A stretch of 15,806 nucleotides of DNA from a virus (taxonomy: Duplodnaviria; Heunggongvirae; Uroviricota; Caudoviricetes), in IMG/VR virus record IMGVR_UViG_643348547_000009; one strand, written 5' to 3'. Of this stretch, positions 7,473-14,013 are shown piece by piece. A model generated the notes under the pieces. It saw nothing but the letters and a program-made list of their open reading frames with translations, was not told the DNA's origin and made no database searches. The position numbers were made by a program, and so were the translations under genes. Every line of letters begins with the position of its first letter. Position 1 is the stretch's first letter.

Positions 7473-8645
7473 TTAACCGCCGTTTTTCATCTCGAGGACT
7501 TTTATCGCGCGGGAGTCAACAACCCCGCCGCCGATGTATTTGTCCGTGTGTACCTTGTAGAAACCCGGCTCTGTAATGTTGTCCGGTCGGGTACGAATAC
7601 CCGTTTCATGGTCAACGATGAAATAACCGCGCTTAAAGTCACCGACAGCCAGCGGCGTTTTGCCTTTGCCGATGTCCGGCATACTTTCCAGGTAATAAAC
7701 AGGACGGCCCAGCAATGTGTCAGGTGCGCCCTCTTTGAGGCTGTCACGCCATACGTAATCACCGCTCTGGTTTTTCAGCTTCTGCAATGCTGCCGCTGTG
7801 CTCGAGTTCATCACCCATACGGCGTTCTTACGGTATTTCGCTTTCAGCTTGTAGAGGATGTCGATCAGTTCGTCCGCTGTAATGGCGGCTTCGGCTGCTG
7901 CTACCATTTTTTCAATGGTGCCAAAGGCGCGGGTTTTGTCGTTGGTTAGATCTCGGTTGTAACTCAGGAAACCTTTCGGCTTGCCAGTACCATTACCATT
8001 TACAAAATCATCTTCTTCGGTCGTGGCGAACGTATCGGCGATTTCAGACGATAACCAGCCCAGTACGTCCACCTCTGAAAAATCCAGAATTTCCTGTGTG
8101 GTTTTCGGGTAGGCATAGATCGGGTTAAGTTTGATGCTTACGCGCTCAACTTTCGGGGTGTTGGTTTCGTTACGCTTGCTGCCCTCGGTTCCATAATTTA
8201 CAGCCGCGCCACCTGTGGAAACCAGTTTCTGATATTCGTTTGATTTCGCCGTTTTCACGGTCGCAATCATTCGCATGACGCTTTCATCACTCAGTAACCG
8301 CATGACCTCGCGATCAAGCTCAGGGATAACGGTATAGCCACCGTCCTTGCCGCTGTTGCTAGTGGTGGATAATGAGCGAACGTCACCCGTTACGATGTAA
8401 TTGCGAAGTTCTGCGGGGTCAGTGGTCTGGCTGGCTTTACCTGGCTTGCTGCGCTCTTCGTCTGCAATGGCTTCAAGGCGGGAAATGTCTTTATCGAGGG
8501 ATTCAGCTTTAGCGCGTAATTCGTCAAATTTTGCGCCCTCAGCATCGTTAAGACTGCGGTTTTCTTTTTCCGCGTTCTCCAGCATGTCGCGCATCTGATT
8601 TTTAATGGCGGTTTTCTGCTGGCGTAATTCGATTATTCTCGGCAT
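7473..8645 (-). CDS. Major capsid protein, HK97 fold (390 aa)
   Basis: N-terminal coiled-coil scaffold-like delta domain (ELRQQKTAIKNQMRDMLENAEKE...), about 390 aa, adjacent to the prohead protease; ATG at 8645. Confidence 0.92.
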   Translation of the reverse strand: MPRIIELRQQKTAIKNQMRDMLENAEKENRSLNDAEGAKFDELRAKAESLDKDISRLEAIADEERSKPGKASQTTDPAELRNYIVTGDVRSLSTTSNSGKDGGYTVIPELDREVMRLLSDESVMRMIATVKTAKSNEYQKLVSTGGAAVNYGTEGSKRNETNTPKVERVSIKLNPIYAYPKTTQEILDFSEVDVLGWLSSEIADTFATTEEDDFVNGNGTGKPKGFLSYNRDLTNDKTRAFGTIEKMVAAAEAAITADELIDILYKLKAKYRKNAVWVMNSSTAAALQKLKNQSGDYVWRDSLKEGAPDTLLGRPVYYLESMPDIGKGKTPLAVGDFKRGYFIVDHETGIRTRPDNITEPGFYKVHTDKYIGGGVVDSRAIKVLEMKNGG

Positions 8646-8682
8646 AAAAAAAGTCCTGGGGTTAAGTAAGGAACTCCAGGAC
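8646..8682 (-). promoter_or_regulatory. Terminator-like hairpin plus T7 tract directly abutting the capsid start codon
   Basis: Minus strand reads GTCCTGG-(16 nt loop)-CCAGGAC-TTTTTTT-ATG. The only Shine-Dalgarno candidate (AGGA) is inside the 3' arm of the stem. Confidence 0.4.
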
Positions 8683-8859
8683 GCGGCAAAAACTCAACCG
8701 TTTTTCATAAGGAAATCAGCAATCGCACCGATCGTTTTCCCGCCTGGTAATGAATATTGGCGAGAACATTAACAGGCGGAAAAGTGGCCCCAGCGTCCTG
8801 GCACCACGGGCGAGAATAATCATGATTCAGTTCGGGTAAAATATGCCGATCCGGTCAGC

Positions 8860-8885
8860 GAACAACGTGGAACAACCACGAACAA
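8860..8885. repeat. Three GAACAA direct repeats at exact 10 bp spacing in the packaging-operon upstream region
   Basis: Read directly: cGAACAAcgtgGAACAAccacGAACAAataa; shares a 15-mer with 1586-1600. Confidence 0.6.
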
Positions 8886-8904
8886 ATAATTTACAAAACA
8901 TGAC

Positions 8905-8925
8905 AAAAAGCCGGATTGCTCCGGC
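8905..8925 (-). terminator. Candidate rho-independent terminator after the perC-like gene
   Basis: On the minus strand, GCCGGA-gcaa-TCCGGC (6 bp stem, tetraloop) followed by TTTTTGTCATGTTTTG, starting 7 nt after the perC-like stop. Confidence 0.5.
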
Positions 8926-8932
8926 TGTGTGA

Positions 8933-9205
8933 TTATCTGTCCTGGTAATTTCGCCATATTTCATCACCAGCACCATCCATACCCATTTCGGCATAAGTGC
9001 GATCGACCGCCTTTTTCAGGTCTCCGTAATTATCCGGCGGCTCCGGTGGCCTCTGTGCCTTCCTGGAACATTCCAGCCGTCGCATCGTGATGTGATGCCG
9101 TTCCTTGTCTGTCTCCACCAGTTGCATGACTTCACCCCATCGCGCCGACGCTCTCCGGTAAAAGCCTTTCGCCTCCAGTTCTTCCGCTATGCGGTCATGT
9201 ACCAT
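8933..9205 (-). CDS. PerC-family transcriptional regulator-like protein (90 aa)
   Basis: N-terminal pattern MVHDRIAEELEAKGFYRRASARW matches my recollection of PerC-family proteins; strong Shine-Dalgarno (GAGGGGGG); last gene before the head module. Confidence 0.55.
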   Translation of the reverse strand: MVHDRIAEELEAKGFYRRASARWGEVMQLVETDKERHHITMRRLECSRKAQRPPEPPDNYGDLKKAVDRTYAEMGMDGAGDEIWRNYQDR

Positions 9206-9214
9206 CGCCCCCCC

Positions 9215-9625
9215 TCAGAACGGAATATCATCACCGTAAGGGTCATCGCCTCCCGCTGGTGGCTGATTACCCTGTGTGCCTGTGGTCTTGCGTCGGCTCC
9301 CACCAGGTCGCGCCGTTCTGGCACTGATTACGCTGTCTGCAATAACCTGCCAGCCCTGCCGCGTTTCGCCGTTCTGGCCTGTCCACTGGCTTACCTGCAT
9401 GTTACCCGCCACGCTCACCAGCTCGCCTTTGTGGTGTTTTGCCAGTGCGTCGGCCTGTCTGCCAAACGCCAGGACGGATAACCACATCGTCGCCTGTCCG
9501 TCATCTGCCTGATTGCACGGCAGGGGGACCGCCATGCTTGCCATAGCCATTTGTGTGCCCTTGCTGGTGGTCTTTAACTGCGGGTCAGCCACCAGCCGCC
9601 CGTAAGCGGCTATCTGTGCTGTCAT
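9215..9625 (-). CDS. ssb: Single-stranded DNA-binding protein (136 aa)
   Basis: OB-fold-like N-terminal region alignable with E. coli SSB, a Gly/Pro/Gln-rich linker, and the acidic C-terminal tip DDIPF. Confidence 0.8.
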   Translation of the reverse strand: MTAQIAAYGRLVADPQLKTTSKGTQMAMASMAVPLPCNQADDGQATMWLSVLAFGRQADALAKHHKGELVSVAGNMQVSQWTGQNGETRQGWQVIADSVISARTARPGGSRRKTTGTQGNQPPAGGDDPYGDDIPF

Positions 9626-9879
9626 GATTCCACCTCTCCGGTTTTAACGTTGATGGTTGTTACCTGTTCCGCTTCGGCAATCTCCCGTTCCGTCAGCGTG
9701 GCAAAGTTTGCCGCCGCCGTGGTCATGAATGCGCTTATCAGGTCGGGATGTGCTTTCGCGTATCCTTCCCCCGTGTTGCGGTCGATGATTTTTATCGCCA
9801 CTCTCAGCCAGTGCTCTGTAAGGTCAATGGCGCGGTTATGCTGCTTCTTCTGATTATTAAGTTTTCCTGATGTGCGCAT
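9622..9879 (-). CDS. Hypothetical 85 aa protein between the ori and ssb
   Basis: ATG at 9879 with a GAGGGGG Shine-Dalgarno upstream; stop overlaps the ssb start (ATGA). Function unknown. Confidence 0.5.
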   Translation of the reverse strand: MRTSGKLNNQKKQHNRAIDLTEHWLRVAIKIIDRNTGEGYAKAHPDLISAFMTTAAANFATLTEREIAEAEQVTTINVKTGEVES

Positions 9880-9928
9880 TTTTATTTTTACCCCCTCGTT
9901 TAAAAAGTTTTGAGTTGTGCCTCCCCTT

Positions 9929-10154
9929 GTCTACCTTATCTACCTTACTGGCTCTCATGCCAGTAATGGCGCGGCTTTCAGCGGGGTAGAGTGCTTTTAT
10001 CCACTATCTACCCCGTATCTACCTCCCTGTCTGATTCAGGTAAAATCAGGTAGAGAGGGTAGATAGTAGGTAGACAGTGAAAAAAGGCTGTCTACCTAAG
10101 TTAATATACTGAATTAAATGTATTTTTCTTTACTCAGGTAGACAGGGTAGACAG
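9929..10154. repeat. Candidate replication origin: about 11 iterons with core GGTAGA / TCTACC in both orientations, plus an AT-rich stretch
   Basis: TCTACC at 9931, 9940, 10007, 10018 and 10091; GGTAGA at 9985, 10049, 10058, 10069, 10138 and 10147. AT-rich segment at about 10100-10130. Located immediately 3' of the primase gene. Confidence 0.65.
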
Positions 10155-10167
10155 CCATTGCAAAAAA

Positions 10168-11916
10168 TTATAAAAACGCGTCGCAATCGTCTGTTGTTAT
10201 TGCGTTAGTCTGCGTTACTCCCTTAACTTTCCGCGTAATATATTCATGTCCGTAAACTTTCGCGGCTGGCTTCATAGCCTTGCCAAAGTCATTTACGTTT
10301 AGCGGTTTGCTCCTGCCTGCGTATGCCATAAACGCCAGATAGACGCGGTAAAGGCTGTTTCTGGTCGTGTACTTCACTGAATCGCCACCGCCACCCATCA
10401 TCAGGCCGCGCGCTTCCTCCAGAAAATTCAGGAACTGGCAAAACTCAATAACCGGATCCGTCTGTTGCTTTATTGCCAGTGCTTCATCACCGTCACGCTG
10501 TTCCAGTAGTAAAGCCCGTGCCTTCTCAGGGTCGGTAAAGTTCGCCAGCAAGCGGCGGATAATGACAGGGATTTCAGCCGCGATCTTTTCCGGTAGCTCC
10601 CTGTCTTTTTCTGCCTCGCTTACGATATTGTCGAAGCGGAAAATAACCCGACGACGTGACACGCCTCCGGCCCGTTCGGTGAATATCATCGGGTTGTTAT
10701 TGGTCGCCAGCACCACCGCCCTGATTACCGTAGTGAAACGCTTTTCATATTTCGGGTTGATTTCCACGGGGTCGCCGCCCGTGATTTTCTTGATGCCCGT
10801 GCCTTCGCCTGTATATTTCGGCTGGTCTGCCAGGACGATAAGACGACTCCCGACAACCTGCGCACGCCCACCAGCATCATCAAGCGATGTCATTTCCGCG
10901 CTTACCGTGTTTTGTTTCCCCGCTAAAAGGCTGGCGATGTGGGTGAATGTACTTTTGCCGCTCCCGCCGTCTCCGGTGGCCTCAATAAACATCTGCCAGT
11001 CGTACCGGTTCGCCATAATCATGTACAGCGCGGCACATATACGCATCATCTTGCGCGAGTCTTTTCCGGCTGCGTGCTCAAGCCATTTATGAAAGTTTGG
11101 CGCGTTATCGCGGATGTTCTCCCCTGGTGCTGGTGGCGTGTACTCAATGCCGTTGTTCGTGGTGATCCAGTTCTCCGGCGTGTGCGGGGAAAATTCCCCC
11201 GTTTTCAGGTCAAGCGCACCATTGGCGAACGGCAGCAAATCGCCGGACGGCTCGCCCATTGGTTCGGCAATAACTTTTAACGCTTCCACGGCGTTATTGA
11301 TTACGCGCTTGCTGAAAGTGGCCCTGTGCTCTGAATAGATCGCCACCATTTCGCGGCTAAGTTCCATTGTGCTGACCGGACACCATACCCCGCCGCGCCA
11401 TACGTGAACGATTTCACTTTCCGGATGCACACAAACGCCATCAAATCGACCAGCAAGCATCTGTGCGCGCTCACTGTCTGCCATTTGTGCCAGTTGCGTA
11501 TTTTTCTGCTCCGGCATGGTAAGCCCTGCGGCAATATTTTCACGCTCAGCATTCAGATAGCGCCGCCAGTTTTCACACTTCTGGACGTGCATTCCTTCGG
11601 GGTAAAAATTTGCGTCCTGAATATCTGCCGCCGCCAGCTTCTGACCAATCTTTTTGGTCTCCACCAAATCCAGTTCTCCGGCCTGGTACAGCCTTACGCG
11701 TTTTTTTCCATCCGGAACAATTTTCAGTGCATCAAGTTCGGCAAGCTGATTTGGCCCAAGCCACACAGGCGGCACATTATCGCCGGATGCGGGGCCATCC
11801 TGCTCCTGCCATTGTTTCGCGTGCGACCAGGCATCACTACCCGCGAAAATAATTACCTCTGTGTCTTTGTGTTTTATTCCGCGTGGCTGTTTTTTTACGT
11901 TCGGTGCCAGTTTCAT
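10168..11916 (-). CDS. Phage/plasmid primase-helicase, P4 family (582 aa)
   Basis: Walker A motif GDGGSGKST in the C-terminal NTPase domain and a primase-like N-terminal half; ATG at 11916 with an AGGGG Shine-Dalgarno; followed by the iteron region. Confidence 0.88.
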   Translation of the reverse strand: MKLAPNVKKQPRGIKHKDTEVIIFAGSDAWSHAKQWQEQDGPASGDNVPPVWLGPNQLAELDALKIVPDGKKRVRLYQAGELDLVETKKIGQKLAAADIQDANFYPEGMHVQKCENWRRYLNAERENIAAGLTMPEQKNTQLAQMADSERAQMLAGRFDGVCVHPESEIVHVWRGGVWCPVSTMELSREMVAIYSEHRATFSKRVINNAVEALKVIAEPMGEPSGDLLPFANGALDLKTGEFSPHTPENWITTNNGIEYTPPAPGENIRDNAPNFHKWLEHAAGKDSRKMMRICAALYMIMANRYDWQMFIEATGDGGSGKSTFTHIASLLAGKQNTVSAEMTSLDDAGGRAQVVGSRLIVLADQPKYTGEGTGIKKITGGDPVEINPKYEKRFTTVIRAVVLATNNNPMIFTERAGGVSRRRVIFRFDNIVSEAEKDRELPEKIAAEIPVIIRRLLANFTDPEKARALLLEQRDGDEALAIKQQTDPVIEFCQFLNFLEEARGLMMGGGGDSVKYTTRNSLYRVYLAFMAYAGRSKPLNVNDFGKAMKPAAKVYGHEYITRKVKGVTQTNAITTDDCDAFL

Positions 11917-12212
11917 TTTTTACCCCTGAATACGTTAAGCATCTTTTTTATTTCCTGAATATTGGCGCGTGCTTTCTCCCTGCTGGTGGGCACGTTACGC
12001 GGTACGGCCTGCACCAGAGAAAAATCACGATCGAACTGATAAACAGGCATCACGCAATCATATTCGTAGCCTTCACGACGGTAGGTTACGCGCCGTTCCT
12101 CCACGCCCTTAATCATTACCATGCCGCCATATTTATCGCGGTAAATATCGCCGTTCATAAATTCAGGACGAGCGGGGCCGCTGGCAGTAACGCCAGAATT
12201 TTTATTTTTCAT
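11913..12212 (-). CDS. Small hypothetical protein (99 aa), possibly DUF4222-like (tentative)
   Basis: ATG at 12212; stop overlaps the primase start (ATGA). The RDKYGGMVMIKGVEERRVTYRREGYEYDCVMP segment resembles small proteins I recall upstream of P4-family primases. Confidence 0.5.
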   Translation of the reverse strand: MKNKNSGVTASGPARPEFMNGDIYRDKYGGMVMIKGVEERRVTYRREGYEYDCVMPVYQFDRDFSLVQAVPRNVPTSREKARANIQEIKKMLNVFRGKK

Positions 12213-12217
12213 GTTTT

Positions 12218-12445
12218 TTATTCTCCGGTGTGCTGCGCTTTATTATTCTCGTGAATTGCCATCACTGTATTTAATTCATTAATAACAGGCGTTAATAGCG
12301 TACGCACGGCAGAAAACATCATTGAATCAGATTCATCGCCACTTTCCGGCACATCAATTAACTTAAGTAGTAATGCGTCCATTTCCTTTGCGCGGATTAA
12401 TGCGTTTTCAGAATGAACAAGAACATCAAAGGGTATTTTATGCAT
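12218..12445 (-). CDS. Hypothetical 75 aa protein
   Basis: ATG at 12445 preceded by AGGGGGGGA; start overlaps the last codons of the upstream Icd-like ORF (ATGCATAA). The longer 109 aa reading in the ORF track has no Shine-Dalgarno. Confidence 0.5.
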   Translation of the reverse strand: MHKIPFDVLVHSENALIRAKEMDALLLKLIDVPESGDESDSMMFSAVRTLLTPVINELNTVMAIHENNKAQHTGE

Positions 12446-12902
12446 GACTCCCCCCCTGGCGAATACGGGCGACAAAAATAAGATGTGCGTGCGGCAGCTG
12501 TGCACGTGCTTCGCGCTCAGTGGCAGCGGTAACGGTGAATATTGCAATACTGTCTGTCAGGCACTGCATAAAGCGCCAGACAAAATAAGGGCGTGCGAAT
12601 ACAGCCATGTGAAAGGCTCCCAGATGAATTTTAAGGAGTCTCGCTACTACGCTGCTAAACATGGTGGCGAGACGTAACAGGGTTAGCAGACTGGTCATCT
12701 GGAAACCAGCGAGCACAAAGGCTCCCCCGTTACGCCCCGCCATAATGCGGGTATGGGTAGGTTTACGGACACAAAAAAACCGCTTATCGGATGTGGGCGG
12801 CTGTCCGCCAGATGTATTCAGGCTGCTAAACCCGGTCGCCATGTGGGCGACGGGGGAAGCATACAGCCCCGTGATAATTTTTTGCAAGCGGTTTTTACGC
12901 AT
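12438..12902 (-). CDS. Icd-like (P4 cell-division-inhibitor family) domain protein, copy 1; full ORF is 154 aa, and an internal start at 12608 would give 56 aa
   Basis: C-terminal WRF...ATEREARAQ...FVARIRQGGSHA is paralogous to the C-terminus of copy 2. The ATG at 12902 has an AGGGG Shine-Dalgarno and overlaps the copy 2 stop; the ATG at 12608 has a GGGAG Shine-Dalgarno. Confidence 0.45.
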   Translation of the reverse strand: MRKNRLQKIITGLYASPVAHMATGFSSLNTSGGQPPTSDKRFFCVRKPTHTRIMAGRNGGAFVLAGFQMTSLLTLLRLATMFSSVVARLLKIHLGAFHMAVFARPYFVWRFMQCLTDSIAIFTVTAATEREARAQLPHAHLIFVARIRQGGSHA

Positions 12903-13098
12903 GATGTGACCCCTGACGAATACGGGCGGCGAATACCATCACGCAGCCAGCCGGGGATTGCTGGCGTGCCTCCTGTTCGCTGGTGGCCTCAATGGTAATC
13001 ACGCGCGGTTGTGCCGTGCTCAGGGCGATAAAACGCCAGATGTATTTATTCAGGTTGTGCGAATCCCGCCCTTGCGGGTGTGTGGTATGATTTAACAT
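12895..13098 (-). CDS. Icd-like small protein, copy 2 (67 aa)
   Basis: ATG at 13098 with GAGG 5 nt upstream; ...KYIWRF...ATSEQEARQQ...FAARIRQGSHHA. The long upstream in-frame extension (353 aa ORF) is Cys/Arg-rich and antisense to plus-strand genes, so it is treated as non-coding. Confidence 0.5.
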   Translation of the reverse strand: MLNHTTHPQGRDSHNLNKYIWRFIALSTAQPRVITIEATSEQEARQQSPAGCVMVFAARIRQGSHHA

Positions 13099-13192
13099 AG
13101 CTACCTCGATACTTTCGCTATCGTTGGTGGTTAGAAGCCCCGTTACTGCTCCTACAGTGCGGGGTTTCGTCGTTTCTACACCTTGCCTTAAT

Positions 13193-13249
13193 AAGGTGTT
13201 GAACACCAATTTAAATCGAGGTGTTAAACACGTCAAGTGTTGAACACTT
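13193..13249. promoter_or_regulatory. Three palindromic operator-like sites GTGTT-N-AACAC in the divergent control region
   Basis: GGTGTTgAACACC at 13195-13207, GTGTTaAACAC at 13221-13231, and the perfect 15 bp site AAGTGTTgAACACTT at 13235-13249; centres are spaced 25 and 16 bp apart. Confidence 0.55.
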
Positions 13250-13268
13250 ATTTTTTTTCCTGCATACT
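13240..13268 (+). promoter_or_regulatory. Candidate sigma70 promoter for the plus-strand RHH gene, overlapping operator 3
   Basis: TTGAAC at 13240-13245, a 17 bp spacer containing a T8 run, and CATACT at 13263-13268, about 30 nt upstream of the ATG at 13298. Confidence 0.3.
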
Positions 13269-13297
13269 GCATTTGTTTTTTATGAAGGGTGCTCAAC

Positions 13298-13477
13298 ATG
13301 GCGACAAAAGCAGTAAACGCAAAATCACAAACAGTTGCGGCAAGGGTTCCACATGAAGTTATGAACAATGTTGAGGCGGTAAAAATGCCCGGCGAAAGTA
13401 CAGGGCAGTTTGTTACAGCTGCATTAAAGCGGGAAGTTGAATACCGCCAGCGTCGCAAGGCCAAAGAATCAGAATAA
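13298..13477 (+). CDS. Small ribbon-helix-helix-like DNA-binding protein (59 aa), candidate island regulator
   Basis: ATG at 13298 (the ORF track starts at an upstream GTG at 13289); AAGGG 9 nt upstream. The pattern ARVPHEVMNNVEAV...GESTGQFVTAALKREV fits a beta-strand, helix, helix (Arc/CopG-like) layout. Confidence 0.5.
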   Translation: MATKAVNAKSQTVAARVPHEVMNNVEAVKMPGESTGQFVTAALKREVEYRQRRKAKESE

Positions 13478-13534
13478 TCACTATCAGCGCCGTGGCGTGA
13501 GGTACTCCGGCGCATTGCTTTACAGGTCAGTACT

Positions 13535-13744
13535 ATGAGCAAAAAACACCGATCAGCAGATGAGATTTTTGCAGAACAACGAAGATTGCTTTTGCAAAGT
13601 ATCATTTCACGCCAGCAAGAGAAGGCGCGAGCTAAACAAATGCCACCAAATACAGAACCAGCGCCTACAAGATTTGCGCTTGATGACTTTCTCGATAAAC
13701 ACCCCAGGGTAATGAAAGCAAACAAAAACCGCCCACCAGGCTGA
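13535..13744 (+). CDS. Hypothetical 69 aa basic protein, second gene of the plus-strand module
   Basis: ATG at 13535 with a weak Shine-Dalgarno; co-directional with the RHH gene and followed by a strong terminator; no family recognised. Confidence 0.35.
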   Translation: MSKKHRSADEIFAEQRRLLLQSIISRQQEKARAKQMPPNTEPAPTRFALDDFLDKHPRVMKANKNRPPG

Positions 13745-13839
13745 TCACATTGCCCACCAGCCTGATAGCGGCTATCATCCCCGTGCTTATGTTTGAGATC
13801 ACACACACAAACGGCGCAGCGGGTTATCTGTTCAGAAAG

Positions 13840-13870
13840 GCGGCTCCATTTCGGGGCCGCTTTTTTTATT
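13840..13870 (+). terminator. Rho-independent terminator of the plus-strand module
   Basis: GCGGCTCC-atttc-GGGGCCGC (8 bp stem with one G-U pair) followed by TTTTTTTATT. Confidence 0.6.
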
Positions 13871-14013
13871 CCTGAAAAACCCCAATTTTGTTGTTTTTCA
13901 GTTTCACCAGGGCGAACGAATCCCCGCCCACGTTCTGGCGTATATTCAATCTTCATGGTTATAGCTCTGTGTTCAGATGATTGATGTGTGGCGGCTGCGT
14001 GCCGCCAGCGTGA

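Noticed and set aside
7548-7949. 133 aa plus-strand ORF
   Set aside because: Antisense to the major capsid gene, which has a strong family-level identity; no start signals.
9929-10154. Possible CRISPR array suggested by the short repeated units
   Set aside because: The units are 6-9 bp iterons in both orientations with irregular spacing, not 25-40 bp direct repeats with unique spacers, and no cas genes are present. Interpreted as a replication origin.
10367-11958. Plus-strand ORFs of 241, 113, 74, 184 and 80 aa
   Set aside because: All lie antisense within the primase-helicase gene, are Ser/Pro/Arg-rich or Cys-rich, and lack ribosome-binding sites.
12895-13956. 353 aa minus-strand ORF spanning the control region
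   Set aside because: Only the last 67 codons (Icd-like) look like protein. The upstream part is Cys/Arg-rich and low-complexity, runs antisense through the plus-strand RHH genes, the operators and a terminator, and has no start context. It is treated as a reading-frame artefact.
13987-14008. Hairpin TGGCGGC-tgcgt-GCCGCCA just downstream of alpA as a terminator
   Set aside because: No T-tract on either strand; kept only as a possible regulatory stem, not called as a terminator.
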